A stretch of DNA of 64,000 bases. It comes from Minisyncoccota bacterium (GTDB taxonomy: Bacteria; Patescibacteriota; Minisyncoccia; Minisyncoccales; Minisyncoccaceae). Shown here in pieces: positions 8,906-17,615 of the stretch; within the stretch, counting starts at the first letter, position 1, and the number at the start of each line of letters is the position of its first letter. The stretch lies in assembly GCA_041657045.1 (NCBI GenBank), contig JBBACM010000001.1:13259-77258 (forward strand), in the 5' to 3' direction. A program made the position numbers and the translations under genes. The notes under the pieces are model-generated. The model was given only the letters and a program-made list of their open reading frames with translations, was not told the origin of the DNA and searched no databases.

Positions 8906-10399
8906 ATGAAAATGGACTTGAAAAAAATTCCTGAAAATGTCTTGTTTTGTATTGAAGCTTTGCAAAAAAATGGATTTGAGGCATATATTGTCGGCGGGTG
9001 CACCAGAGATTTTCTAAGAGGCGTATCCCCGGCTGACTGGGATGTTGCCACCAATGCCATTCCCGAACAAACTCAGAAAATCTTTAAAGATCTAAAAATC
9101 AAGACTTTTTACGAAAATGACTTCGGCACAGTCGGGGTAGCTTTCCCCAAAAAAAATGACGAATTTGAAGTTATCGAGATAACTACATATAGAAACGAAG
9201 CGACTTACACAGACAGTCGCCATCCAGATAAGGTTAGCTGGTCTAAAACCATTGAAGAAGACCTAAAAAGAAGGGATTTTACAGTCAATTCTATAGCAAT
9301 ATCCCTAAAAAATGGCTCCGAAATGGAGATTATCGATATGTTTAACGGAAAAAACGACCTCGAAAAGCATATTCTTAGGGCTGTAGGCATTCCGAGCGAT
9401 AGATTCCAAGAAGACGCCTTGAGAATGATGAGAGCGGTTAGACTAAAGACTACTTTAGGTGATGATTGGACAATTGAAGAAAAAACCAAGCAAGCAATCA
9501 AAGATAACGCTCAATTATTGAACAAGATATCCCAAGAAAGGATTAGAGATGAGCTAATTAAGATAATCGATAGTGAGAATGCGGCTGCTGGAATTGAATC
9601 ATTAAGAAATAAAGGATTATTAACATATATAATGCCGGAATTGGAGGAAGGATACGAAGTCGCCCAAAACAAGCATCATATCTATGATTGCTACAAGCAT
9701 AATCTCGAATGCCTCAATTTCGCAAGTCATAAAGCTTATAAATTCGAGGTTCGCATGGCTGCCCTACTACATGATATAGGAAAACCGAAGACTAAGCGGG
9801 GAGAAGGTAATGACTCTACCTTTTATAACCATGAGATTATCGGAGCTCAAATGGCCGAGAAAATACTCAATCGCTTAAGGTTTCCCAAAAAAGATGTAGA
9901 AAAGATCGTTAATTTGGTAAGATACCATCTATTTTACTACAATGTAGATGAAGTAGGAGAAGCTTCGGTCCGAAGATTGGTTAGAAATGTAGGAGCTGAA
10001 AATATGGAAGATTTGCTGGAGTTAAGAATGGCTGATAGAATCGGGTCCGGATGCCCAAAAGCAGAACCATATAAGCTAAGGCACTTCAAATATATGATTG
10101 AAAAGGTGTCAAAAGACCCTATTTCCGTTAAAATGTTAAAGATTAACGGAGAAGAAGTAATGAAAACACTGAATATCCAGCCGTCCCCAAAGGTAGGCAT
10201 GATATTAGATATATTATTTGAAGATGTGCTAAAAGAACCTAAAAATAACGATAAAGCGTACTTAAGCAAGAGGTTATCGGAACTAGGAAGCTTAAATGAA
10301 GCTGAATTAAAGAATTTAGCTGAAAAAGCTAAGGAAGAAAGGAATAAAGTTATTATTAAGGAAGATGAGATGACTAAAGAAAAATACTGGGTAACATAG
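8906..10399 (+). CDS. cca: CCA-adding tRNA nucleotidyltransferase (Pol-beta-like head domain plus HD domain)
   Basis: GGCTRD...DWD nucleotidyltransferase motif and HD motif (LLHDIGKP). Located immediately before CCA-less tRNAs. Confidence 0.8.
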   Translation: MKMDLKKIPENVLFCIEALQKNGFEAYIVGGCTRDFLRGVSPADWDVATNAIPEQTQKIFKDLKIKTFYENDFGTVGVAFPKKNDEFEVIEITTYRNEATYTDSRHPDKVSWSKTIEEDLKRRDFTVNSIAISLKNGSEMEIIDMFNGKNDLEKHILRAVGIPSDRFQEDALRMMRAVRLKTTLGDDWTIEEKTKQAIKDNAQLLNKISQERIRDELIKIIDSENAAAGIESLRNKGLLTYIMPELEEGYEVAQNKHHIYDCYKHNLECLNFASHKAYKFEVRMAALLHDIGKPKTKRGEGNDSTFYNHEIIGAQMAEKILNRLRFPKKDVEKIVNLVRYHLFYYNVDEVGEASVRRLVRNVGAENMEDLLELRMADRIGSGCPKAEPYKLRHFKYMIEKVSKDPISVKMLKINGEEVMKTLNIQPSPKVGMILDILFEDVLKEPKNNDKAYLSKRLSELGSLNEAELKNLAEKAKEERNKVIIKEDEMTKEKYWVT

Positions 10400-10415
10400 T
10401 GTTTCACGTGAAACA
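10400..10415. repeat. Palindrome TGTTTCACGTGAAACA, copy 1 (directly after the cca stop)
   Basis: Perfect 16-bp palindrome. Confidence 0.9.
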
Positions 10416-10425
10416 CATCTTCAGA

Positions 10426-10441
10426 TGTTTCACGTGAAACA
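10426..10441. repeat. Palindrome TGTTTCACGTGAAACA, copy 2, 6 nt upstream of tRNA-Ala
   Basis: Perfect 16-bp palindrome. Confidence 0.9.
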
Positions 10442-10447
10442 TTGCCC

Positions 10448-10518
10448 GGGCCCGTAGTCCAACGGTAGAATACTGCATTCGCATTGCAGAGATATGAGTT
10501 CAATTCTCATCGGGTCCA
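10448..10518 (+). tRNA. tRNA-Ala (anticodon CGC), no encoded CCA
   Basis: Hand-folded cloverleaf: acceptor GGGCCCG/CGGGTCC with G3:U70 (the Ala identity pair), anticodon loop TTCGCAT, T-arm ATGAG-TTCAATT-CTCAT, discriminator A. Confidence 0.75.
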
Positions 10519-10708
10519 CAGTTTATTAATTAATCATATGATTAAACATAAACAAATAGAAATTATTGATTCGGCTATCGTTGAAAGTCCTAAAAAGAGA
10601 TGTATTGGTTAAATCTTATAAATAGATTACGTCCAGAGGCCATATTGAGCTAAAAGAAAGCTACGACTAAGCAACTGAAGATAACATTAAGTTTAAAAAG
10701 TCCAAAAA

Positions 10709-10724
10709 TGTTTCACGTGAAACA
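10709..10724. repeat. Palindrome TGTTTCACGTGAAACA, copy 3, 5 nt upstream of tRNA-Val
   Basis: Perfect 16-bp palindrome. Confidence 0.9.
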
Positions 10725-10729
10725 TTTGA

Positions 10730-10800
10730 GGACCTGTAGTTTAATGGTAGAACGCCACCTTCACACGGTGGTGGTATAAGTTCGATTCTTATCAGGTCCA
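10730..10800 (+). tRNA. tRNA-Val (anticodon CAC), no encoded CCA
   Basis: Acceptor GGACCTG/CAGGTCC, D-arm GTTT-AATGGTA-GAAC, anticodon loop TTCACAC, T-arm ATAAG-TTCGATT-CTTAT. Confidence 0.8.
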
Positions 10801-10909
10801 CAGTTTGTCCAGAATCGTGTCCAGAATTGTCCCCAATTTGTCCAGAATGTCCACAGTTTGTCCAGAATCGTGTCCAGAATGTCCAGAAAGAATTAAATTT
10901 GTCCAGAAT
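10798..10909 (+). repeat. Degenerate tandem array of GTCCAGAAT-type units (about 7 copies). It includes an exact 30-nt duplication (10798-10827 = 10851-10880) that begins with the last 3 nt of tRNA-Val.
   Basis: Read directly. The 12-mer GGTCCACAGTTT also follows tRNA-Ala. Confidence 0.85.
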
Positions 10910-10926
10910 GAAATAAAATAACAAAA

Positions 10927-10942
10927 TGTTTCACGTGAAACA
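10927..10942. repeat. Palindrome TGTTTCACGTGAAACA, copy 4, 5 nt upstream of tRNA-Pro
   Basis: Perfect 16-bp palindrome. Confidence 0.9.
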
Positions 10943-10947
10943 TCTAT

Positions 10948-11018
10948 CGGGATGTCATATAATGGCATTATGCAGGCTTCGGGAGTCTGTAATCCGGGTT
11001 CAAATCCCGGCATCCCGA
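10948..11018 (+). tRNA. tRNA-Pro (anticodon CGG), no encoded CCA
   Basis: Acceptor CGGGATG/CATCCCG with C1:G72 (typical of bacterial tRNA-Pro), anticodon loop TTCGGGA with G37, T-arm CCGGG-TTCAAAT-CCCGG. Confidence 0.7.
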
Positions 11019-11039
11019 CTATAATTAGTCTTAAAATAT

Positions 11040-11639
11040 ATGGAACAATATATACTGCTAATAATCTTCATTGTCTTGGGTTATTTATTCGGCTCTATCC
11101 CTTTCGGCTATATAATATCAAAGTCAAAAAAAATCGATATCACAAAGCAGGGAAGTGGTAATATCGGAGCGACTAATGTTTCAAGGGTGCTTGGCTTTAA
11201 ATATGCTTTTTTGGTTGGGGCTTTAGATATATTAAAGGCCGTTCTTCCTATATATATAGCAAGTCGCTATATAACCAACGAATGGTATATGGCCTTAGTG
11301 GCTATTTCTCCGATAATTGGCCATATCTTTTCTGTTTGGCTTAATTTTAAAGGAGGAAAGGCCATATCAACAATATTTGCTTCGATTATTTGGATCATCG
11401 GGTGGAAATACGCATTAATATTATTATTAGTTTGGATCGTTGCATTAAGAACAATTAAGATAATGAGTTTAACTAATTTGATAATCATTTGGTTTATACC
11501 TCTATTGTTCTGGTTCCAAACTCATTCTTTTGCCTACTTGACAATTAGTTTATTTTATATTCTTATAGTATACTGGACTCACCGAGAAAATATTCAAAGA
11601 CTAAAAAAGGGAACAGAGAAAAAAATAATTAAAAGCTGA
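11040..11639 (+). CDS. plsY: Glycerol-3-phosphate acyltransferase PlsY (acyl-phosphate dependent)
   Basis: Canonical PlsY motifs GSGNIGATN, FKGGKA and H.EN..RL..G.E, in a multi-TM protein. Confidence 0.8.
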   Translation: MEQYILLIIFIVLGYLFGSIPFGYIISKSKKIDITKQGSGNIGATNVSRVLGFKYAFLVGALDILKAVLPIYIASRYITNEWYMALVAISPIIGHIFSVWLNFKGGKAISTIFASIIWIIGWKYALILLLVWIVALRTIKIMSLTNLIIIWFIPLLFWFQTHSFAYLTISLFYILIVYWTHRENIQRLKKGTEKKIIKS

Positions 11640-11700
11640 TTGATTATAATTAACTTTTAATATATAATTATCTTAATGAATAAATTATCCAATAAATTTT

Positions 11701-12264
11701 GTGGTTAACTACATATATATACTATCCTGCATATATTTCTTCTTTCCGGCCGGGGTTGCCAATGCTTTTCCGCCCCTAGCCAATACTTTCAATATTCTGA
11801 ACGGCTTAAACAAGCCTATTGATGGAGGAAAACAGCTAAATGGAATGCCGATATTGGGCAGCCACAAAACCTGGAGAGGATTATTCTCTGAAATCATTAT
11901 CTGCACTCTTTTAACCCAGCTATTTTTATTTATTCACAAGTACTACAATCTTTCTCTTTATCAAACCATCGGATTTGATTACCAATCTATCAATTCCTGG
12001 CTTTTCGGCATTTTAATGTCTATCGGCATTGTTTTTGGAGACATTTTTTTTGCCTTCATAAAGAGAAGGCTGAGATTGAGACCAGGAGTCGCTTTTGTTC
12101 CTTTTGACCAGACCAATTATGTCATCGGTGCATTTATATTTTTGCAACCACTGATTCACCTATCTATTGAATTTTGGATTACTCTATTTGTCTTGACATT
12201 TTTATTACATGTTTTATCTAATAGGATTGGGTACAACTTAGGGTTGCACAAAGCCAAGTGGTAA
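11701..12264 (+). CDS. Polytopic membrane protein, putatively of the CDP-alcohol/CDP-archaeol synthase (CdsA/CarS-like, DUF46) family
   Basis: About 5 TM helices, a basic KRRLR patch next to an Asp-containing helix, and a phospholipid-gene context. Family assignment is tentative. Confidence 0.35.
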   Translation: MVNYIYILSCIYFFFPAGVANAFPPLANTFNILNGLNKPIDGGKQLNGMPILGSHKTWRGLFSEIIICTLLTQLFLFIHKYYNLSLYQTIGFDYQSINSWLFGILMSIGIVFGDIFFAFIKRRLRLRPGVAFVPFDQTNYVIGAFIFLQPLIHLSIEFWITLFVLTFLLHVLSNRIGYNLGLHKAKW

Positions 12265-12302
12265 TATAAGATTAAAAAGGTTAAAAAATAACCATTATTT
12301 TT

Positions 12303-12953
12303 ATGCAAAACATATTAGATCTATTTTATCAAGAATTATTAGTCCGCGTACCCGACTTGCTCTGGGCGCTGATAACTATATTTTTCGGATGGATTATTGC
12401 CGGAAAAATAAAAAATATCACTATTAATTTTTTAAACAAATTGCGGTTAAACCAGATGCTGAAGTCTTTGGGTTGGGAAACATTTTTCGACAAGTTTGAT
12501 GCTAAAATGAATATTCCTAAGTTCTTCGGTTTGATTGTTGAAATATATTTCTTCCTTCTTTTCCTTATTATCTCGTTCGACATCTTAAAGCTAAATACTA
12601 TAAGCAAACTGATAGGGGACGTTGTCGGATACTATCCTAATATTTTCATTTCAATCCTTATCTTCATTTTTACCGTATTTTTAGCCGATTTCAGTAAAAA
12701 AATAGTTGTCGGCAGCATGGAAAAAGAAAAAATAGTCTACTCTAATTTCTTGGGAGAAATTATTTCTTCTGGTGCCTGGCTTTTGGCAATATTGGCCATT
12801 CTCTACCAATTACAAATAGTCCAAACATTAATTTTAACAATCTTTATTGGAGTGGTAGCTGTTATTGTTATTGCCCTGGGAATTTCTTTCGGCTTGGGAG
12901 GAAAAGACATGGCCAGTAAAATCTTAGAAGACATGGAAAATCGAATGAAATAA
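12303..12953 (+). CDS. Hypothetical polytopic membrane protein
   Basis: Several hydrophobic helices and no recognisable catalytic motif. Confidence 0.4.
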   Translation: MQNILDLFYQELLVRVPDLLWALITIFFGWIIAGKIKNITINFLNKLRLNQMLKSLGWETFFDKFDAKMNIPKFFGLIVEIYFFLLFLIISFDILKLNTISKLIGDVVGYYPNIFISILIFIFTVFLADFSKKIVVGSMEKEKIVYSNFLGEIISSGAWLLAILAILYQLQIVQTLILTIFIGVVAVIVIALGISFGLGGKDMASKILEDMENRMK

Positions 12954-12983
12954 ATAAGATACTACACGTAGATTGTTTTACTT

Positions 12984-14768
12984 ATGGAACAAATATCACA
13001 AAACGAACTTAAAAAAATGCTTCTTTTCTCTTATGAAAGGATAGAAAGAGATAAGGAGCAGGTAAATAAAATAAATGTTTTCCCCGTACCGGACCAGGAC
13101 ACTGGGAATAATCTGGCCGCAACACTGAAGGGAATAAAAGAAGCAATTGAAAATAAAGAATTTGATTCAATCGAAGAACTAAGCAACAGCGCCTTAGACG
13201 GAGCACTGACTGCCGCTCAGGGCAACACTGGAATAATCTATACCGGATTTTTAGCCGGATTTTTTCCTGTAATTGCCAAAGAATCAACTGTTGATGCCAA
13301 AAAATTAGGAGAGGCTCTTACAAAAGGGTACGAAAGAGCCAGAGATTCTATCCAAAATCCCAAAGAGGGAACAATGCTTGATGTTATTGAGGCTTTTGCT
13401 TTAGGGGTCAATGAAAAAGCCAAAGAAGAAAAAGATATTGTTAAAATATTCTATTACGCTTTAGAAAAGGCCAACGCCGCACTATTAGATACCCCGAATA
13501 AAATGGAACTGCTTAAAAAGGCGGGCGTGGTTGATGCTGGAGGATTAGGATTTTTAATGATTATCGAAACATATTTGGATACTTTAAAAGAACAGTCAGA
13601 ACCATTTGTCATCAAGTCATTTGAAAAAGAAGAAATTAACAGGCCAAAAAGATTTGTCCAAATATTATCTAATAGATATGAGGTGGTTTCCTTACTTGAA
13701 GACGGAGACTATTCGGAAAAACAGATTAAAGAAAAACTTCATCATTTGGGCAACTGCCTTGATGTTATCCAAGTAGGAGAAAGGACGAAAATACACATTC
13801 ACACCGACGATCCATACGAAGTAAGGGACATTATTAAAAAGATGGGGAAAATTGAAGACTTGAGAATAGAAGATATGGCCAAAGAAGTAACGGGAGAAAA
13901 ATCGGTTGAAAATGTTTCTGTAGGAATTGTTGTCGATGAAAGAGCTGGCCTCTCGGCTAAAATAGTGGCTCACTACGGAATAGAGGTAATACCCTTAAAA
14001 ATATCCTGGCCGGAAGGGGAAAGTATTATCGGAGAAAATATATGCCAAAGAATTAAAGAGGCTAAAAAACAGGGAATAGTTTCTCAGCCCAAAATAGAAC
14101 CGATTTCGCCTGAATTCTTTATGGAATCATTTAAGAAACAGTTGGAAAATTTTGAAGATATTTTATGCATAATTTCTTCTTCTAGGCTCTCTAAAAACTA
14201 CGAAGCCGCAACCAAGGGAAGGGGAATGCTCAATTATGTCGAACGAGAACACGTCTTTGTAATTGATTCAAGAAACATCAGTGCCGGACAATCTCTTTTA
14301 ACTCTTGAAGCTTTAGAAATGATAACCGAACAAAGAAAAATAAGGGAAGTGCTAAAAAAACTGGATACCGCCATTATTAAAACCAACCTCTATTGCATCG
14401 TAGAAAAATCTGACTGGTGGAATAAAGAAAAAGCAAAACCTTTCTGGTTTAATAAAAAACAAGAAAAACGATATGCTTTAGGAGAAATGAAACACGGGAA
14501 AATTATACCCACCGAAACAATTAAAACAACCGATTTCGCCTCTGCATTGTTTAATAAAATAGAAAAAGAATCGAGGAAGGATATAAAGGAGGGGAAAAAA
14601 TTGAGAGCGGTCATCGTCCACGGAGATAACTTAGAACAAGCCGAAGAATTAAAACAAAAGCTTAAAACAATTAAAAAAACAGACATTTCTTTTGTAAATA
14701 TTACCGATCCGATTACAAGCATTAACGCTTGTCCACAAAGCATACTTGTCGGCTGGATAATCAAGTAG
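12984..14768 (+). CDS. fakA: Fatty acid kinase FakA (DAK2/DhaL-domain protein of the YloV family)
   Basis: N-terminal DhaL/DAK2 signature (PVPDQDTGNNLAATL) and a DegV-like C-terminal half, followed by two DegV (FakB) genes and PlsY paralogs. Confidence 0.7.
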   Translation: MEQISQNELKKMLLFSYERIERDKEQVNKINVFPVPDQDTGNNLAATLKGIKEAIENKEFDSIEELSNSALDGALTAAQGNTGIIYTGFLAGFFPVIAKESTVDAKKLGEALTKGYERARDSIQNPKEGTMLDVIEAFALGVNEKAKEEKDIVKIFYYALEKANAALLDTPNKMELLKKAGVVDAGGLGFLMIIETYLDTLKEQSEPFVIKSFEKEEINRPKRFVQILSNRYEVVSLLEDGDYSEKQIKEKLHHLGNCLDVIQVGERTKIHIHTDDPYEVRDIIKKMGKIEDLRIEDMAKEVTGEKSVENVSVGIVVDERAGLSAKIVAHYGIEVIPLKISWPEGESIIGENICQRIKEAKKQGIVSQPKIEPISPEFFMESFKKQLENFEDILCIISSSRLSKNYEAATKGRGMLNYVEREHVFVIDSRNISAGQSLLTLEALEMITEQRKIREVLKKLDTAIIKTNLYCIVEKSDWWNKEKAKPFWFNKKQEKRYALGEMKHGKIIPTETIKTTDFASALFNKIEKESRKDIKEGKKLRAVIVHGDNLEQAEELKQKLKTIKKTDISFVNITDPITSINACPQSILVGWIIK

Positions 14769-14860
14769 TATAATATTAAATATAATAATTAATCCTTATT
14801 CACAAAGCATACTTGTCGGCTGGATAATCAAGTAGTATAATATTAAATATAATAATTAAT
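14734..14860 (+). repeat. Tandem direct duplication (2 x ~60 nt, period 67) covering the last 12 codons and stop of fakA plus the downstream AT-rich spacer
   Basis: CACAAAGCATACTTGTCGGCTGGATAATCAAGTAGTATAATATTAAATATAATAATTAAT occurs twice. Confidence 0.9.
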
Positions 14861-14880
14861 AATAAAAATAAATAAAAGAT

Positions 14881-15828
14881 ATGTCTTCTATTCTCAAAAA
14901 AGCTTTTACGCTAATTGAGTTGCTAGTCGTAATCGCCATCATCGGTATTCTCTCTGGTCTAATCATAGTCGGAATGAATGGAATGACTAGACAGGCAAGT
15001 ATTGCTAAATCCCAGGTATTCAACAACTCACTAAGAAACTCATTGATGAATGATATGGCAGCAGATATTCCTTTAGACGGAAGCGCCGAAGACATCTGGA
15101 ATCACAATACCGGAACTGGCGTAGGAGGTACTTTTTTAACTCAAGCAAATGGTAATTGTGTTCAAAATACCTGCTATAGTTTCAACGGAGGAGTTGGCGG
15201 TGTCGCAACTACTGATTATGTTTGGCTAGCTGACAATGACAAATACGCCCTCACAAATCAAATGACCGCCATGATATGGGTAAAAGGAAACGCGCCAGCA
15301 ACTACAGACAGAGTCGCTTTCGGTCACTGGGATGCCTCCGGAGCAACAACAGTAAGAGGGGAATGGAAAATTATGTCGGCGATAACTACTGGTGCCCTTA
15401 GGGTAATCGTATCTAATGACGGAGCGGAATCAACTGCTGCTAATTATAAAAACTATGTTACTTCAAGCGCAACCCCCTTTGATGGAAATTGGCACTTAGT
15501 CGGATTCACTTTTAATGCTGGGACCCTAACTTTATATGTCGACGGAGTATCAGCTTTAGTCACCATGACAAACGATGGAGCAAGCGCCACAAGCATATAC
15601 GCTTCAACTTCCCACCTTACTTTAGGCGCCAGCTTAAACGCTAACGCCTTAGTTACTACAACTACTTTTGCCGGACTTTTAGACAGCGCCAGATTCTATG
15701 ACGCACCGATTCCGACATCTCAGATTAAAGAACTGTACTACGCTGGCTTAACTAACCTGTTCGCAAAAGGACAAATAACTGCACAAGAATATTCTGAAAG
15801 AATAAGCTCTGTAGGAATAAACAATTAA
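14881..15828 (+). CDS. Type IV pilin-like protein (prepilin-type N-terminal cleavage/methylation helix) with a large LamG/ConA-like globular domain
   Basis: N-terminus KKA|FTLIELLVVIAIIGIL with Glu at +5, followed by a Gly/Thr/Asn-rich beta domain. Confidence 0.65.
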   Translation: MSSILKKAFTLIELLVVIAIIGILSGLIIVGMNGMTRQASIAKSQVFNNSLRNSLMNDMAADIPLDGSAEDIWNHNTGTGVGGTFLTQANGNCVQNTCYSFNGGVGGVATTDYVWLADNDKYALTNQMTAMIWVKGNAPATTDRVAFGHWDASGATTVRGEWKIMSAITTGALRVIVSNDGAESTAANYKNYVTSSATPFDGNWHLVGFTFNAGTLTLYVDGVSALVTMTNDGASATSIYASTSHLTLGASLNANALVTTTTFAGLLDSARFYDAPIPTSQIKELYYAGLTNLFAKGQITAQEYSERISSVGINN

Positions 15829-15833
15829 TATAA

Positions 15834-16715
15834 ATGGAGTTAGTAAAAGAGAAAATAGGCCTCATCGTCGGCGAAACTTCTGATTTACCGCAAGAAATTG
15901 TCGACATAAATAAAATAACTGTTGTCAGGTTCAAATTAGATTTTCAAGAATTGGCAAATCTACCCGGCAATGTCTACGAAAAAGTAAGGGAAGGGGAAAA
16001 AAGAGGAATAAAAAGCCTAATAAAAACATCCCAACCATCAATTAACGATTTTCTCTCAGTATTCAAGGAAAAACTCAAAGAATTTGAAGAAATTTTATGC
16101 ATAACTTTTTCTTCAAAAATATCGGGAGCATATAATTCTGCGATACAGGCCAAAAAATTTCTAGAAGCTGAATTGCAAAATAAAGTACACGTATTTGATT
16201 CGATGAATGCCAGTGGCTCGGAAGGACTCGTTGCCTTAAAAGCAATTTCTTTGATTAAACAAAAACTTAATCTTAACGAAATTATCGAAAAGCTAAAAAA
16301 AGAATTGCCGAATATAAAACTCATAGGAATGTACAAGAGTCCGAAGTGGATTGAAGCAAGCGGAAGATTTCCAAGGTTTGTTCCCGCGATGATGAATCAG
16401 GCGGAAAGAATGGATATCAAGCCTGTCTTTGGATTAAGAGACGGAAAGTTAACAATTGTCGGGGTTAAAAAAAATATTAAAGACATTGCCACCGCTCTTT
16501 TCGAAGAATTTGAAAAAACAACGAAAAAAATCAGAGAGTCTGGAAAAAATATCGACATTGCCATAACCCACGCCGACAACATAGAACAAGCGAACAAATT
16601 GAAAGATTTAATCCTATCCCTTGAAAATACAAAAATTGCTTTTGTTAGCTTAATCTGTTTTCCAGTCGGGGGGCATATAGGTCCCGGCTCAATGGTTCTT
16701 TCTTGGAATCAATAA
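15834..16715 (+). CDS. DegV-family fatty-acid-binding protein (FakB-like)
   Basis: DegV family architecture; paralog of the next gene. Confidence 0.7.
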   Translation: MELVKEKIGLIVGETSDLPQEIVDINKITVVRFKLDFQELANLPGNVYEKVREGEKRGIKSLIKTSQPSINDFLSVFKEKLKEFEEILCITFSSKISGAYNSAIQAKKFLEAELQNKVHVFDSMNASGSEGLVALKAISLIKQKLNLNEIIEKLKKELPNIKLIGMYKSPKWIEASGRFPRFVPAMMNQAERMDIKPVFGLRDGKLTIVGVKKNIKDIATALFEEFEKTTKKIRESGKNIDIAITHADNIEQANKLKDLILSLENTKIAFVSLICFPVGGHIGPGSMVLSWNQ

Positions 16716-17605
16716 TAATTAAAAATATGAAAAACGCAACAATAATAGTAGGAGAAAGCGCATCTATGACCAAAGACGTTATTGATAAATTTGGAATGAT
16801 TGTCGCTCCTTTTGTTGTCGACTGGCCGGAAGGAATAAATCTTCCCGGTAACAATATTTTTGAAAAAATGAGGGAAGCCGAAAGGCTGGGAATAAAAACA
16901 ACCCCTAAAACTTCTCAACCATCAATAGGCTTATTCAAAAAAATCTTTGAAGAAGCCCTGGAAAACAGCGAAAATATTATTTGCATAACTATAAGTTCAG
17001 CTATCTCTGGAACATACAATTCCGCAGTGCAGGCTAAGAAAATGGTCGAAGAAGAAAAGCAAAAAAGAATCTTTGTTTTTGATTCTTTTAATGCCGACGC
17101 AAGTGAAAGCTTACTTGCAATTAAAGCTGCTGAAATGGCCGAAGAGGGAAAAAGGGGGAATGAAATAATGGTAACCCTGGAAACGCTTTCTCCCAAGACC
17201 TTTCTTTTCGGAATGCTTGAAAGCCCTAAATGGCTTGAAGCAGGAGGAAGAATAAACCATGCTTTATCAATAATTCTTTCTCAGATGCAAAAAATAGGAA
17301 TGAGGCCAATCCTTACCATAAAAGACGGACTGGTTAAGCCGGCTAATCTAAAAATGCAAGCTCAAGATACGGCTAATGCCATATTTAAACAATTAGAAAA
17401 CACCATCAAAAATCCTTTATCAGAAGGAAAAAAATGCCGGGTTGCTATTTCCCATGCCGACAATCTTGAGCAAGCTCAAAGGTTAAGAAGCATGATTGAA
17501 GAAAAATATCCGCAAGTTAAAATAGAATTTATCGGCATAACCAGTATTGTTATCGGCGCCCATGTCGGACCGGGAACATTACTCTGTTGCTCATTAGAAG
17601 GATAA
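16703..17605 (+). CDS. DegV-family fatty-acid-binding protein (FakB-like), second paralog
   Basis: Clear similarity to the preceding DegV gene (KTSQPSI..., CITISSAISGTYNSA..., ISHADNLEQA...). Confidence 0.7.
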   Translation: MESIIIKNMKNATIIVGESASMTKDVIDKFGMIVAPFVVDWPEGINLPGNNIFEKMREAERLGIKTTPKTSQPSIGLFKKIFEEALENSENIICITISSAISGTYNSAVQAKKMVEEEKQKRIFVFDSFNADASESLLAIKAAEMAEEGKRGNEIMVTLETLSPKTFLFGMLESPKWLEAGGRINHALSIILSQMQKIGMRPILTIKDGLVKPANLKMQAQDTANAIFKQLENTIKNPLSEGKKCRVAISHADNLEQAQRLRSMIEEKYPQVKIEFIGITSIVIGAHVGPGTLLCCSLEG

Positions 17606-17615
17606 TTGAAATAAA

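Noticed and set aside
10530-10545. 16-bp palindrome TTAATCATATGATTAA between tRNA-Ala and tRNA-Val
   Set aside because: Pure A/T-rich sequence in an AT-rich spacer. Likely chance symmetry; a single copy.
10798-10909. CRISPR array hypothesis for the GTCCAGAAT repeats
   Set aside because: The units are about 9-12 bp with no unique spacers of uniform length and no cas genes. This is a degenerate microsatellite-like array, not CRISPR.
10667-11013. Two minus-strand ORFs (85 and 73 aa) across the tRNA-Val / repeat region
   Set aside because: They are composed of the low-complexity GTCCAGAAT repeats read in reverse and overlap tRNA genes.
10952-11161. 69-aa ORF starting inside tRNA-Pro
   Set aside because: It overlaps a well-folding tRNA and the plsY start. 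Spurious.
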